Of a stretch of DNA of 64,000 bases, positions 63,820 through 64,000 are shown piece by piece. Under the pieces are notes generated by a model, which saw only the letters and a program-made list of their open reading frames with translations, ran no database searches and was not told the DNA's origin. The position numbers were made by a program, and so were the translations under genes. This DNA is from an uncultured Gallionella sp. (GTDB lineage: Bacteria; Pseudomonadota; Gammaproteobacteria; Burkholderiales; Gallionellaceae). Within the stretch, counting starts at the first letter, position 1. Every line of letters begins with the position of its first letter. The stretch lies in assembly GCA_964623195.1 (NCBI GenBank), contig CAZURE010000003.1, forward strand, positions 19,910-83,909, written 5' to 3'.

Positions 63820-64000
63820 TTACTTAAGTGTTAATTCATCTGCGCTATCTACTGAGCCATCGTCCGGTGGCAGGTAATAGTTCAGTCCGATACGCAGCCA
63901 CATCGGATCGCTCAAGTCGATAGGTTCACGCGCCTGTGTCTCGACATATTCCGTGTGAAACTCTCTGGCGAATACCGCTAAGCCTTGCCCACGCAATTTT
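63820..64000 (-). CDS. Partial Mu gp37 (DUF1834)-like tail completion protein, 3' end only
   Basis: ...GLAVFAREFHTEY...WLRIGLNYYLPPDDG...LTLK*. Confidence 0.7.
   Translation of the reverse strand, partial: KLRGQGLAVFAREFHTEYVETQAREPIDLSDPMWLRIGLNYYLPPDDGSVDSADELTLK

Larger units (their letters stand above)
49905..64000 (-). mobile_element. Mu-like contractile tail gene cluster (prophage remnant or tailocin), continuing beyond the window
   Basis: Colinear Mu-type order gp37, gp38, sheath, tube, chaperone, tape measure, gp43-gp48, tail fibres. Confidence 0.92.

Overview
A 64-kb chromosomal window from a betaproteobacterium; gene content and order suggest Nitrosomonadales/Gallionellaceae (inference only). 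Bases 1-49.8 kb are mostly housekeeping genes: ubiK-comM, a GacS/GacA-like two-component pair, metH, mpl, glnA-ntrBC, xth, pyrE, purC/purE, fbp, pcm-tolC, an RND efflux operon, a TPP riboswitch with thiC, uppP, ppk1, an FTR1/cytochrome c permease, sixA, a broken ppk2, an MBOAT cassette, pyrC, apaH and pfkB. Small accessory features in this part are a sulfotransferase mini-island bounded by a duplicated comM 3' end, and a nucleotidyltransferase coupled to an unannotated 53-aa partner. From 49.9 kb to the window end lies a Mu-like contractile-tail gene cluster on the minus strand (gp37 to tail fibres). It stops abruptly next to a host promoter, with no Mu right-end genes. The most unusual feature sits around its short tape-measure gene: three apparently paralogous, antisense 3-TM membrane-protein genes and a lipoprotein c-type cytochrome. 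All four have a -10 box only 6-7 nt before the ATG (predicted leaderless mRNAs), and two lie between ~55-bp direct repeats carrying a conserved dyad. No tRNA, rRNA, CRISPR array, integrase or transposase was recognised. All calls come from reading the sequence and recalled family motifs; no database searches were run.
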